Positions 1 through 13,479 of a stretch of 64,000 bases of DNA are shown here, piece by piece. The position numbers and the translations under genes are program-made. Origin of the DNA: Epiperipatus broadwayi (taxonomy: Eukaryota > Animalia > Onychophora); assembly GCA_028023455.1 (NCBI GenBank), contig JAQFVV010000009.1, positions 7,192,001-7,256,000 on the forward strand, given 5' to 3'. The number at the start of each line of letters is the position of its first letter. Positions within the stretch are counted from its first letter, which is position 1. A model generated the notes under the pieces. The model searched no databases. It had not been told where the DNA came from and was given only the letters and a program-made list of their open reading frames with translations.

Positions 1-1697
1 CATAAGTATGTAGATCCAAAGATACTGAGAATACCAAATGCAATTTTTTTTTAAACTCATAATATGAACTGGAAAACTATTCCAAATTGTAAAAATCATA
101 AAAGTTTGCCTTCTGTAAATTTTTCATAGCACCCTGCTGTTTCTGTGAAAGCAGACTACATTTTTTCTTTTTCCCGTTCTTCCATTTCATTACAAAGACA
201 AACAAATTTGGAGCTCCATAAATCTTTGCTTGTCAAATCCAGCAATTGTACTTCAAAATTACCCACATCATTATTAAATGGTGAAAATTTTAATTCTTTC
301 ACATTGGCATTAAGAAGATTTGTAATAAATGCTGGAGTTGTTTTATCGTTTCTAAATTCCTGAAACCTTTGAAGAAAATATTCTCTCATGTTTAAAATTG
401 TTATCTTAAAATAATTTTTGTAAATGAGGACATTATTTTTTCAACTATATTGAGACAAGTTTGGGAAATGAACTAAAGTTCCCCTCTCTAAATCTTCAGC
501 AAATAGAATCAATTTCTTTTCAAACAAAATAATTTCTTCTATCATTGAAAAAGCAGTAATTTGCTTACCTTATGATTGAGCTGATTCAGTTGTGATGTAA
601 CATCCACCATGAAATACAATTTTTGCAACCACTGATCTTCTGTTTTTTAAATATTGAATGCCCTTGTTGAGAAATAATTCAATTTCATTTATGCAAAATG
701 TTTTAACATGTTGCCTCTAAAAAGTGACCGAACCCTCTTCTATTGGACCAGATTTGAATACTCGCTCGCCATTTCACCTAGCAACTCTTTAAATTGTCGA
801 TGGTTAAGACTTCTTTCTGCAATAAAATTAATAATGTTAATTACCAAGTCTATAACTTTACCGATTTCTTCTGGAAATGTTTGTGCATAGTGTGCTTCCT
901 GACGAAGTATACAATGGAAAGTAATCACTTCATGATTAACATTTTCTTTAAAATTAAAACAAACCCCTTTTTCGATCTGATCTTACTTTTTGCACCATAA
1001 GTTGCAATTGACACAATTTTATCAAGTATGATATGGTTTTTTTCCCATGCATTCAATGACAGCATTTACCATGTTCTCTCCTTGCTTTTGGCCCTTGAGT
1101 GGCAATAATCCTAAAAGTTGTTTTGACTCCTCAGATATTATACACCACCTGTAAAAGGAAATTGTGTCCTTGACTTGTTGGCTGGCCATATTTAACACCA
1201 TTTTAACTGTCCTATCTGCTACTGTTTTGGCAGATAATGGCATGTTTTGAATTTTATTTAAAATCTTTTTAATTTTTGAAATCATGAAAAAGTTCTTCAG
1301 ATGGTTTAACAAAACAACATTTTATATACTCACCATCTGTGAATGGGTTTTTTCTCTTAGTGATTTTCTGACTTATTACAAAGCTTGCAATAGTAATGTT
1401 ATTGACAGAGTGTCTCCAACAATCAAATACAGAACTTGATTTTTCAATATTTTTCTGAAGTTCTTCAATTGCTCTTTTTTTCATGTCACTGACAGGATAT
1501 TTTATGGCAAATGTGGTATATTTTGTCATGAAGTGTTTCTCCAAATTAGACTTCTTGCTTTGTGCCACTGTTTTTTGGCAAATAAGACAGGTTGGAAGGC
1601 CCCCTGAATTCACGTTAAACGCAAAAGATTCAGTCCATTCGGTTTTAAAATCACGGTGCTCATCTAATGTTTTTCTTAGTCTTTTCTTCATAGTCAT
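1..1697 (-). pseudogene. GTF2IRD2/EPM2AIP1-like hAT transposase, frameshifted and stop-ridden
   Basis: ORF pieces RDFKTEWTESFAF..PTCLIC..SNLEKHF, KNPFTDGEYIKCC, PLSAKTV, LKGQKQGENM, HCILRQEA; the dimerisation-domain motif FGSTYL is read at positions 25-7. Confidence 0.88.
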
Positions 1698-2185
1698 GTT
1701 GAAAAAAGCTTTATATATTGTATTTTATTTAACATATTATATCCACATTTGCACAACTACACAAAAAATAATTATACATTTTTCTTTTAGATTATGCGTA
1801 TTCATATTCCGTCATTGCAAACATTGTCTTGTTCCATTAGAGGGCAACTGTGTGCTCATTTATTAAGCGTGAAGTTTTGCTAGACTTATAAAACAAATAA
1901 AATCACGATTACATTAATAAAATCTTTTAAAAATTTTATAATTTGAAATTATGATAGTTTTATTTTCAATTTTACTACAAAGTAGTTGGTCTATATGTTC
2001 TGGATTTGTGCTGGTTTTATCTTTATCTCATGATTTTTTATTTTGTATTTGCAATGTTTTGTTGTTATTGTTGTTTTGAACATGTGTTCCAATTAGGCCC
2101 TATGGAAAAATATAGACATAACTGAAAAGCCACATGTATATATATTCAAAGAGCCACATATGGCTCCATAGTTTGGCGACATCTG
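1..2185 (-). mobile_element. Decayed hAT DNA transposon (Charlie/Buster/SPIN group); 3' part runs off the window start
   Basis: Minus-strand terminus CAGATGTCGCCAAAC (2185-2171) with subterminal GAGCCACAT-type repeats, flanked by ATGTAGAT (reverse complement fits the NTCTANAN target preference); transposase fragments downstream. Confidence 0.88.
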
Positions 2186-5100
2186 ATGTAGATCAAAATA
2201 TTGAATGTTTAGAGGATTAGACTAGAGATGAATTTGGATATTAACTTCAGTTCGAATAAGTCAAGAATAGAATATTATATGTTAACAGAAGAGCAGATAC
2301 CAAAAAATATAATAAAGTTAAAAATATATAGTCATTACCATTTTAAAAAATTAGAAAAAGCAAGATTTTAATATTTTTAAAAATTCTTATTTTATATAGA
2401 TTCCAAATTTTAAGAGTTAAATTTTAAATTTACATTTTTATATGCAGATTCATTAAATTTCTTATGAAATTCTAAACAAAATAATATATAACTTGATTTA
2501 TTTAAGGTAATACTTTATTCCAAAACATTAAAAATTTTGGCAACTTTCATTTGTATGCAGGCATCTGTTAGGAATATGTTTCTTTCTAATAAGTAAAATT
2601 AATATTTAACAATTATTGTAAAACATATACAAAAATAAATGTAATTTATCAAATAAATAAAATTCAACATTATTGAAAAATAATGTGATGCTATTTGCAA
2701 AATATGGCAAAACTTTTGAGTGCACAACTTGAACCTCAGATTTAAGTCAGCATCTGAAGTTGCACTTTTGTTTGTGTACAATTCATATGATAGTCATATC
2801 CATTATGGCTATATGCACAGATTCACCATTTGAACCTAGATAAGAGATCATACTGTTTTATTCTAGTCCAATCTTAAATTTAGTAATAATTTTATCAACT
2901 GTCAATTTCCTATGCATTTGATATGCAGTTTTAAAATTTATATTATAGTGATCTATAATTGGCATAATTATAAAAATCTACTATGATCTTTACTATTAAT
3001 GTTTGTTATTATATTAAAATGTAAACAAGATAATATATAAAAAATCTATTACGAATCATAATTTTTATTCCAGATATGCCATAATCTATACATGCAATAA
3101 TTCAAATGTTAATTGTTATGCCAAAAAATACAGACATGTTCACAAATTCATGGGTTGACAGATGTATCCAGTCTACAACCTTTTTCTGTTCTATAGCATA
3201 CTTATTTTCAGAAATGATTTTTTAATATAGTTTTTTACCAAAAAAATAATTAAAAACAATTTAAAAATGAAAAACTCATAGGTAGTAGAAAATTTTAGCC
3301 CTAGAGACTTTGTAAAATTTTCAATAGGTATCTATGCTGCAATAACATTCAGGGTCAGAAGCATGTCTGATCAGGTAATGGAGAAGATCCTGACATAGTT
3401 GCTGCACTATGCTTAATTAGCTATCTATTTTTTTTAAGAAACATATTTTTTTCATTTTTGTGAGAAGTCATTGGGAAAATACTCATCATTGATAATGAAC
3501 TGCAAGAAAGTGTAACCTTTGAGTTTCACATGGATGGGCTATTGGGAAGTCAATATCTACACTTGTATGCAAATCATAATCTAATTTTGATCATACAGAT
3601 TGCTTCAGTATTGATTTTATAATATAAATCTAAAAAAGTAAGAAAATAAAAAAATGAAAAATCTTTTTAGAAAAAATAAAAAATTCAAATTTTATCATAG
3701 AGAAAAAATATTTACATCTTTCAAAAAGTAAGAAAATAATGAAAAGAAAGATGAAATTCTTGCATGTGTAGTCTTATCAACTTTAATTGAACTCTTTGAT
3801 TAGCGAAAATGCTTTAACAGGAGTGTAACATGATTTAAGGAAGCCAAGCATTAAGTTTAAATAAAATAGTGAATATTCATAAAAGTGGAGTAAAAATAAA
3901 TATCTTAGACTTCTATTATGTATTTGCTGAGCAGCTCTAAGGTTGTCTTTCTTTGAGAAGAGTGAAAGGAAAAATTGAAGAATGTCTTTTAATAAAGATT
4001 TATGATTCTGATGCTATTAATTTGTCTAAATTTTCTTTTAATATTAAAGATGATTAGAATGTGGATTGTGGGAAGGTAGTATAGTATATTTTGATTTACT
4101 ATTGTCAAACTTGCATTTGGGGATCATTTATCCATATGTTCAAGAATGTATGTTGGAGTGGATATTATAAAATGTATATATAAATGGTATATTTTGTATT
4201 TATTATGTATTATTTTGTTCTTGAGAAGACAGTTTTGGCAGAAAACCATTGTTAGTGAAGTTTTAAATTTGATTTTGGCTAGTGGTTTAGTTTTAAATTG
4301 GTGTATTTGATTTACTAAATTGATTAGTTGAGTTTTTGGCATTTGATATTTTATATAAGTCTCTCTGTGTGAAATTATATATTTTATATAGAGTGCTTAA
4401 TTTTCATAAGTCCCCCACCCCCATTATTAGTTTATGTTTAAAAATAAATATATACCATTATATAATACACTTTAATATCTATTCCCCATTTTTGTTTGAT
4501 ATTTTGAACTGTATAATATTTTTAATTATTTGACAATTTTTATTTAGGGTTTTTTTTTCGACATACCCATTAGACATTTATAATTTGCAAACCTTTAATA
4601 TGTATATTATAAATTATATTTAGTCTTTTTTTTTTTTTGCAATATCTTACTTTATCAGTAATTTATTAGGTATTGGAAATTAAATATTTTTTAATGGATA
4701 AATAATATATATATAATTATTTATTTCTATGATATTTTTTTTTATTTACTTCAACTAACAATTACTAATTTATATATCTATAATAGATTGCAAACATCTT
4801 AATGTTAATTTTAGAAATATTATTTATCAAAAGCTATTAAAACATTTCAGTCTGAAGAAATAAATGTAATAGTGATAGTTAATGGTCTTGATTATTTTAT
4901 TATGCAAGCTGGAATTCTTTTAGAACATTTAGTATTTTATTTGGAAAAATTGAGATTAATGATTGTAAGTCTGCAACGACAATTTGTAAGATTCATGCCA
5001 GGTTCAAAGTATTATTTCAAGGATCTGAAACTGATATCATTTGAATTTAGTGCTTGCTTGCTATTATAGATGGGTTTTAATAGACTTTTTCCAAATTGAA

Positions 5101-5828
5101 CAATAATTTCAGAGATGTTTTGCATAATATGGAGAATATTAGAATTTTTGGTATTTGAAAAGAGATTTACATTATAAGAAAAATTAAGATCTTTCAAACA
5201 CTAGGTATAGGAGAAGCTGGATTGAATTTGATATCTGATGTGTTTCTTATGAAATATTTGCAAGTAGTGAATTCTTTTGCCAATGTAATAGTTATTTGTT
5301 ATGATGATAATCAAAATCAGTATCTATTAAATAATTTATTGTTGAATATGTTCAAAAGTAACACTAATGTACTCTTTTATTGCATTTTTATTAGTAATTT
5401 GGATTGCAATGTTATTAAGATTAAAGATGTTGGTACAAATATTGATTCATGTGTTTGAAAAGAAGTGATTTAAATAAATAGATTTTATTAGTGGTTTCTT
5501 ATGGATATAAGACTTTGTCACTTAAGAGAATTATAGATTTAGAACCAAATAGCATAATTTGTAGAGTTATATATTAGGAAATAACATAGAAAAACTGAAA
5601 AAACAAATTGGTATCACCATAACTATTGAAAGAATTAATAGGCTGAAAAGGAATTGGAGTGGTTATGTTTCTACAAGTAATGATAATTGTTGAACAATTG
5701 AAGTCTTAAACTGGATCACAAGAGACCAGAAAAAGACCACATGAAGTGGATGGATAAGATAAGGAAGTTTTTGGAATGATGTAATACTGGAGATTATCGT
5801 GCAGTGAATTGATAATAATTGAAAATAA

Positions 5829-5880
5829 TGACTGTGTGTAAAAAGAAATATGTTTGACTGTGTGTAAAAAGAAATATGTT
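5829..5880. repeat. Perfect 26-bp tandem duplication
   Basis: tgactgtgtgtaaaaagaaatatgtt at 5829-5854 and 5855-5880. Confidence 0.95.
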
Positions 5881-7121
5881 TAAATGTATACATAAGAAAA
5901 TATTAAAGTTTTATTGAATAATTTATAGATATATAAATAATTTTATAAAAATATCAATAACACAAATAAAATAAATCTTTTCATAGCATAAAATGTATAT
6001 ATTTTGTAATGGATTCTGAGATCAATATATAAATAATTAGAAGTACAAAATCACATATATACATTTAATGTGATCAGTATTATGATGGTAATGATCAAAT
6101 AACCTAGCACTAAGATTAAATGTAATTATTCTAAAAGTATTTTTAATTTTTTTCTAGTTTCAAATTAATTTTCAGATGCGAGTCTTTCTAAATAGAAAAA
6201 CTTACTTTTGGGAATCTTAATATCACTGATCATCATTTTAAATTACTACCATTATTCTTGCATGTCCTCTAGTAGATTGCATGATTTCCCAGGGCTTAAT
6301 GGCATATATTTGTAATGAGTTTGAAAAGCAAAAACAAACTAAATTGGTTAATAATAAAAATAAGTTAAATATTTATTTACAATAAATAAATAAAACATGA
6401 AATTGTTATTTATACTTTTTCAACTACTGTACTACCAGACAAATACAATACTAAATATTGAAAAAAAAGAAAAAAAAAGTTATAAATATTAAAATTTAAG
6501 GCCTTATGAATATATATAAAAATAAGATTATACCAAATGTCTTAAAGTTTTAATTTATGGTTTTCTACAGCTATAATCAATGTTTCTTCTAAGAGTAGGC
6601 AATCTCTGAACTAAAAATACAAGTACTGAGTGCACTAAATTGACCAATATGCAACAAAAAAACTTCAGAATTTAGTATTTATTTGCACATTTACATATAA
6701 AATAGTTTATATATAATGAAATAGTGTAGAACATAACTTAAAAATAATAACAAAATTCAATAACTAGTCCTTTTATTTTTTCATATTGTTCTACAATTTA
6801 TCCAAATTTTATAAATTTTGTCTAGGTTTATCTGCTTTTCTGACAAGATATAATGCATAATTTTTATTAAATTATCCAAATGTTCATTATCTAGTAATTA
6901 TGGGATTTTGATTTTATTGTTTTTATTACACAAAAACCATATTCACAATTGATGCTGGAAGTTTGAAAATTTGCACAAATATCGAAAAGTACTAAAATTT
7001 TTTTATATTCTTGATCTTTTAAAACATATGTAGTTAAATTATTAGATGATTCACTTATTTTAATTTTGAAATAGTTAAGGCTTTACTTCATTAGCGTTTG
7101 AAATCAATTAATATATATATG

Positions 7122-8120
7122 AGCTCTACGCACAGATAATGAAGCTATTAAACATAAATTCACTACAACTTGGGAAAACCAAGATAATCAGGTTAAATAC
7201 CTCAACATATGTGTCAGTAAAAATATGGATAGGCTGGACTACCGAATGGTAATTAAAGTTTTGGAAGTACAGGGTCTGACACATCCTAGTTCTTATGTGC
7301 CTCGCTCCCACAAACTCGTAGCCCTCTCTTCATTCATGTTTAGAAACCATAATTTGTGCAAATACGAGGCAGATAAAAGAAATAATCTTATTAATTATAT
7401 GACAGATTTAAGAAATATAGGACACACTCAATCATCCATTAACAGAAAAGTTAATCAATTCTTTTATAAAATAAACCATAATTACAAGAAAGAAAGCAAA
7501 CCGAGAATCCTAATTCCATACATCCACTCAACAGCCAAAAGCCTTATTAATAAACTATCAAGTGACTTTGAAGTCACTTTCCATTCACCTCCTAATACCA
7601 ATAGACTTATCAATAACACCAAAGACACGATCAAACCCGAACTCACCTCTCAAGTTGTGTATAAAATCACCTGCCCCCAAAGAAATTGCATGGCAACATA
7701 TTATTGGAGAAACTAAAACTAACATTGCCACCAGAGTAGCTCAACATAGATACCTCTATAACAGAACTAAAACAAAGCTTGAAGGCAATTCGGTTTTTGT
7801 TGAGCATGAGAGAGCCACTGGCCATGCTTTTCTACCTATCACAGCCAGTGTCATTTGCTCTAAAATGAATGATATTAAACGCAAAATCAGGGAAGCTTAC
7901 TACATTGTAAGCGACCCAGTAGCAATCAATAGAAGAGAGGCCTGCTTTTCTCTGTCTCAAAAATGGTCTATGTAACATCTTCATATGAATTTGCATTAAC
8001 ATTACAGTTCTTAACCAAATATAAGTCACCATGAATATGGGACTATAAACTGTCCCGAAAGCGCTTGGTGGTAACTTTTAATAATTTTATGTTTAGTAGC
8101 TGCACATATATATATTAATT
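7122..8120 (+). mobile_element. 5'-truncated Penelope-like element (RT C-terminus + GIY-YIG endonuclease + 3' pseudo-LTR)
   Basis: IKHKFTTTWENQDNQVKYLNICV (RT end), VVYKITC..C.ATY / IGETK..TRVAQH (GIY-YIG, one frameshift near 7700), EHERATGH, KRKIREAYYI; HHR-like motif in the 3' end. Confidence 0.92.
8025..8072 (+). ncRNA. Degenerate minimal type I hammerhead ribozyme in the PLE 3' end
   Basis: gtcacc-ATGAATA(T)-gggac/tataaact/gtccc-GAAA-gcgc-TT-ggtggt: stems I and II and palindromic stem III (AGCGCT) present; the CUGANGA core carries two substitutions. Confidence 0.7.
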
Positions 8121-8239
8121 ACTTTAATTTTACATTTTTTATTTACTAAAAATTTTAAGTTACCATATTATTGTTCAAAAATTGTATCTAAACTTATATG
8201 GTTTTTATCATTATTCTTTATTATAGATTCATATTTTAC

Positions 8240-9480
8240 AAATAGACTATCATTTCCATGCTCTTATGTTTAAATTATTTTTCATTACAAAAGGATCCAA
8301 GGTATTCCAGTCATTTATATCTCATCTAAAAATATACAGTATTATCTAAATGGTTACAAAGCACTTGAATAAATTTTAATATTAGTGAAGCATCTATATA
8401 ATAATTGGAATCTAAAATTGGTTTAAAAGTTCATGTTGCAGCAGATGTTATCTAGTTATTGATGCTCTTAATTTATTAATTTTTGCCTTTCAATTGAGGG
8501 TAAATTAGTCCTTTGTAAAGTTTTGTTTGATGCTAATAGTTCCACAAATACATTTTGAAGAGCTACTCAATATTGTAGGCATTTGAGAGATTTTTAAAAC
8601 AATATTTATTTATTGAGCAGTTTGTTCTGTGTCATATATCATCATTTTTTACCAGAGCATTTAGTTCAAAATATCTAAATGCTTATCATACTTCATTGAG
8701 AGATCTGAATCATGTAACATCAATTTCTGTAATGTTGATCAATTCTTGTAGATGAGGTAAATTGTTATGTTTACCTCTATTGTCAGGAAAAACAAATGGT
8801 ATAGCTGCTCATCCACAATATATTTCACATTTAATTCAGCAGTTCTGTACTGTGTGGCTCACAGTACTGTTTTTCCAGACATTATAGAGGTAAACATAAC
8901 AATTTTTTGTAAATCAAAGTTATTCTCTATAAAACTTTTACCCCTATTATGGTAGAATGACTATCACATGTAATAAGCTTAATAATGCTGACAAATTTTG
9001 TCTGATAGGTTCAAATTTTGATCAGTATCTTTATACTACCAAAATAAGCATATTTTCATCAACTCTCAAACAGTGAAATGAAGTTGTATGAAACTTCATC
9101 AATAATCTCTTTATGTATGATTAAATTTATACATTCTATAAATTTGAAGGAATAATTCTTGCTATGCCATGATTCGGTAATATTAATATATCAGAAAGCT
9201 TTAATGAATTGATGGTAATTGCTCGGATAACATTGTCTAATTAGAATTTTAATCATGTTTTTGTCAATTTTCTTGCATTCAGCATTTTCTAATTCAAGAT
9301 TATGATCTGGGTTTTCAGTTAAAATTCCATTGATTTTATTTTGAATCGCATTAACTGAATCAGCATGAACTTTTTGACTTAAACGTCATTTTAAATAGTT
9401 TATTTTCCATTCTGCCAATTTTTTACCAATAATAAATTCATCTTTTGAATTTGATTGATAGCAAATTTTATAAATGATGT
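8240..9480 (-). mobile_element. Heavily decayed coding relic, possibly non-LTR retrotransposon
   Basis: Only an APE-like DI/INITESWH motif (needs a frameshift) is recognisable near 9150-9200; assignment weak. Confidence 0.25.
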
Positions 9481-10171
9481 CATTTGTATTGCTTTAATAA
9501 CTAAAAATGTCCCCAAGTTTAATACAGTTTGATTACTAAAACATCCCCAAGTTTAATATAGTAGTTATAATTTTTGATGGTGATAGCATTTCAGTTGCAA
9601 CAGATCGGAAAGGCCATTCATATTTACATTAGTTTTTTTATTTTTAAATTGACTCGATGAAGATTAGATTGACTTGCTGAATGTTTTGAAATTTGTAGAG
9701 ACCAAAATAAAATATTTATATGTTGGATAGCTTTTTAAAAATTACAATAATAAAAAAGTCTTATCGTACTCAAGCTGCAATTCCAATTGTATAAAATGTC
9801 ATGCCATGGTAATGGTAGTGGAGAAAAGGCAGTGCTCATTCAGTGTTGTTATATGCAGACTGAAACATAATAATATTTCTAATTTTAGTTATTTTCGGCT
9901 ATTAAACTGAAGTCCTCACGTCAATATTCCTATCGCCACTGCATGTACAGATCAATTCTATTTATTAATTCTTTTTATCAAAATTATAAATCTGGATTCA
10001 ACTTTGTGTGTTTAAACATAAAAACAAATGGAGAATACTTCTACTATTGGAATGTCTAGAATGTGCAAAAGACACCGAGCAGTGCACAGACATTCAAAAT
10101 TGCTGCACAATTGTAAAGTGCACAGCTTAAAGAGAACATTGGTTATATGTTTTCTATTTATATGCACATCT

Positions 10172-10489
10172 TTATTGATAGATAATATAATCCTGAATGT
10201 GATGATTTTTTTTGGGAATTGGCGATAGGAAACAATCTAGTAGAGATATATGGTATGTCCTTATGGTTAATTTCACTTCTTTTCCTACAGTATGGTTTTT
10301 TTCTTTAAAGCAGGCACTGATGCATTCCATGCAACTTCTACCTTCATATCTGGAAATGATTGCATAGGCTGCATGGTTAAAATTTTCTAGCCACTCTTGG
10401 TAAGAAGTTCTTTGCCAGCTAATGTGGATGAAATATTTTAGAACTGTCAGCAAAGTAACAGTTATCTGAAATTTTTCAGAGAAAAGCAA
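10172..10489 (-). mobile_element. Decayed Tc1/mariner (DD37D-like) transposase C-terminal fragment
   Basis: RTYHISLLDCFL resembles the RSPDLSPLDFFL motif. Confidence 0.4.
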
Positions 10490-11908
10490 TTTTAACTATT
10501 GTTTTCTTCTATTTTTATAGAATTAATGTGTACTGCTTTCTTCTTGAGTCAATACTTAAACTTAGACTACTGTCTTTTTTTTTTTGAGACATTAATATGT
10601 TTTTACCATATGTCTTTTTTTTTAACACCACTGTAATCAAGTTTGTGTTAATTTATATTTAGCTGCTTTTCAAAATCATATTTATCAAGTCTTAATTACA
10701 ACACTCAAAATGTGTTTTTTTTAAAAATATTTTTACATTTTATGATTATTTTATAACGATTATATAATTAAAAAAAATTTTTTTTTTGCATTTATTTGCA
10801 GTAAGATTGGAAGAGAGCAAAACGTGAGCAAGCTTTGAAATTTGTTCTCTAATTTTTTCAATTTTAGTGCTTTATAATTTTTAATAACATTTAGATTTGC
10901 CATTCAATTTACTATAAGATAAGCAAATTATTTATTTATATCCAACCATTAGGTATATTTTAAAGGTTACAAAATATGATACCTTTTCATAAACTATGCA
11001 AATGAAGTTTATTTGCTCAAACTAAAATTTAAATAAATTATCTATTTTTTTTTCCTTTTATTAATCTTATTGAATATAATTTCACAAAATACATTTTGGT
11101 TACAAAGTATTTGATAATATAAAATCTACAGACTAATTTTCTTCTATTAAACATTTAAATATAAGATTAACTCTATAGATCTATTTCCTTTTAATTTTTT
11201 AAAACCGTATTAAAATTTAGTTACACATATATATTAAATATGCATGTGCACATACAAATGGCTATTTAATTTATTAATCAATCTATAATAGTAATTATTC
11301 CTCCTCTTTTTTTTGATCATATAGCTTTGTATTATAACTAATTCAAGCTGCTATTGAATTATTTTTTTTACAGTTTTGAAGTAAGAATTAGATTTATAAA
11401 GAAGGTCTTATAGCATAGTAGTTAAAATCCAGACTTTAAAATATGGAAATGGTTTAGATTGTAAATATGCTTAGGGTTTTTGTTTTACTCATCAAATTAT
11501 TGATAATAAATAGGCATCTGATTAATTTTACCAGCTGGCAAGCCTAATGAATAATCACCCCCCCCTCCCACACACACACTAATTTAATTATTGGACAGAG
11601 ATTTTTGAACTACAGTATACTATTTAAAGGCTAGTTTATCTTCTCTATGTACAAGATATAGGTTTATATTAATATAATATGATTGTGATGATTTTATTTT
11701 TTTAATATGCAGGTGATATATATCAATTCAGACAAAATGTTTTATAATGATAAAAATAATCAAGCATAAAAATAAAAGTAAGATAACATAATTCAATTTA
11801 ATACATTTGCTATATAGAATTAAAGACATTTCGATCTTTGTAATCACTTAAAAAAAAAAAAAAAGTTAACTTTTAATCATGTTTTATTTTTTCTCTTTTT
11901 TATTTCAG

Positions 11909-12006
11909 CTTCTTTGGACATTGATCGTATATTCCGCAATGGTGATTTTCATGCTTTGCAAGAAAATATTATGGATGTTACATTTTGTAATATTGATTTA
12001 GATGCT
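11909..12006 (+). CDS. DZIP1: DZIP1/DZIP1L (iguana) exon, Dzip-like N-terminal domain
   Basis: tttcAG acceptor, GTATGT donor; xSLDIDRIFRNGDFHALQENIMDVTFCNIDLDA matches the DZIP1 family motif IDVD..LQENIMNITFC; phase 1 start, phase 0 end. Confidence 0.92.
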
Positions 12007-13479
12007 GTATGTATTTCTTTAATAATAAAATTTAATGTTATATTAATAATAATAAATTGAAGCACTGATTTTATTTGATTCATTTACATTTATAATTAAA
12101 GTTTTTTTTTTTTTTTACTGTAGTAGAATGTTACAGTTGTCTTTGGTTACTATTCCATTAAATATAAATAATAATATTAAACTCATTTCATATATTCACT
12201 TGATGATAATATTTCTGACTGTTAACAATCTTTAAAGTTTATGGAAGTCAATAGGACATTTGCTTGACGATAATTATATATATGAAGTGATTTTATATTT
12301 AAAGTATATATTTGACTCCTATTTTATTTTTTTATTTTGGTTATAGTAAAACTAATATATAGAGTGTTCATTTAATCAAGCTAACCATTTCAACTATTTA
12401 ACAATCTTCCTTAGAAGTTCTGAATGATGAAACATTTCAAGTTAATATATTTCAGGATTTGAAGAAGATTGTTGAATAGTTGAAACTATTAGCTTGATAA
12501 AAAAAAAAAATATATAAAGATAATGCATTGTATGAAGTGTACAAGAAACTATTTAAATATTAATGATTTTATATTGTTATTTATATTTAATATAATATAG
12601 CTAAAGTCAAAAAAATTAGTAGAAGAAAAGATGGATTTTTTTTTATATATTCTTTACATTAATGCTATTTTTTTATTTTCCTGTTGTTATTATTTTTATA
12701 GTTACTTACATATATTTTTATGTTTTTTAATATATAATTTATATAAGTTATTCAATATTATTATTTTTTTTTGTCAAGTTAAATATCTAGTTTTTTTTTT
12801 TTTAATGATTCACTTCTAATAATAAAACTGCTTGATCAAAGTACGTATAAAAAATCCACAAGTAATTTGAAATGATTATTTATTTTTTGCAAGAGGAAAT
12901 AAAATTATGTTTTAATTATCATTAAAATTTAATTTTTTAAAATAAATTATTAATTACTTATTTGTCAGGGTTTTTCTTTTTTGCTTTTAATAATTCTAGT
13001 CAACTAATTTGCATTTCAGAATTATTTAAAATTGTTATTGTACTTAAAATATCACTATCAATATAACAACTTTATCAAAGCAAGACAAAAAAAAATGATA
13101 ATTTTACTGGTATTTATAATTAAATTGTTTTCTATTTTAAAGTAAAATTTTTAATATTTTCACTTTTTATTTAATTTTTGTGCAGTTTGGATTTCATTAA
13201 AATTATATTTAGTTTGAAACAAAAGTTTGGAGAATTTTAAATCTAGTCTAAATCTATTATGTCTATTAAGAAAATCAAGATAGACAAAATGGCAGTGTTC
13301 ACTAGAACAAGAGCCTGGGACACAAAATCATACAGCAAAAAATGGAGCTTTGTCAGTAAAATATCAGTGAATAGGAATTCATCTTTTTTTTTATTGCATC
13401 AATTGATTTTACAAATTCTAAAAATAAGAATAGTAAAGTAATTTATTGGGATGGTTTTTTGACGGAGATGATATAATTG

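Noticed and set aside
8-15. ATGTAGAT identical to the 8 bp flanking the hAT terminus (2186-2193), suggesting a TSD
   Set aside because: It lies inside the transposase coding motif GSTY and has no adjacent TIR; coincidence.
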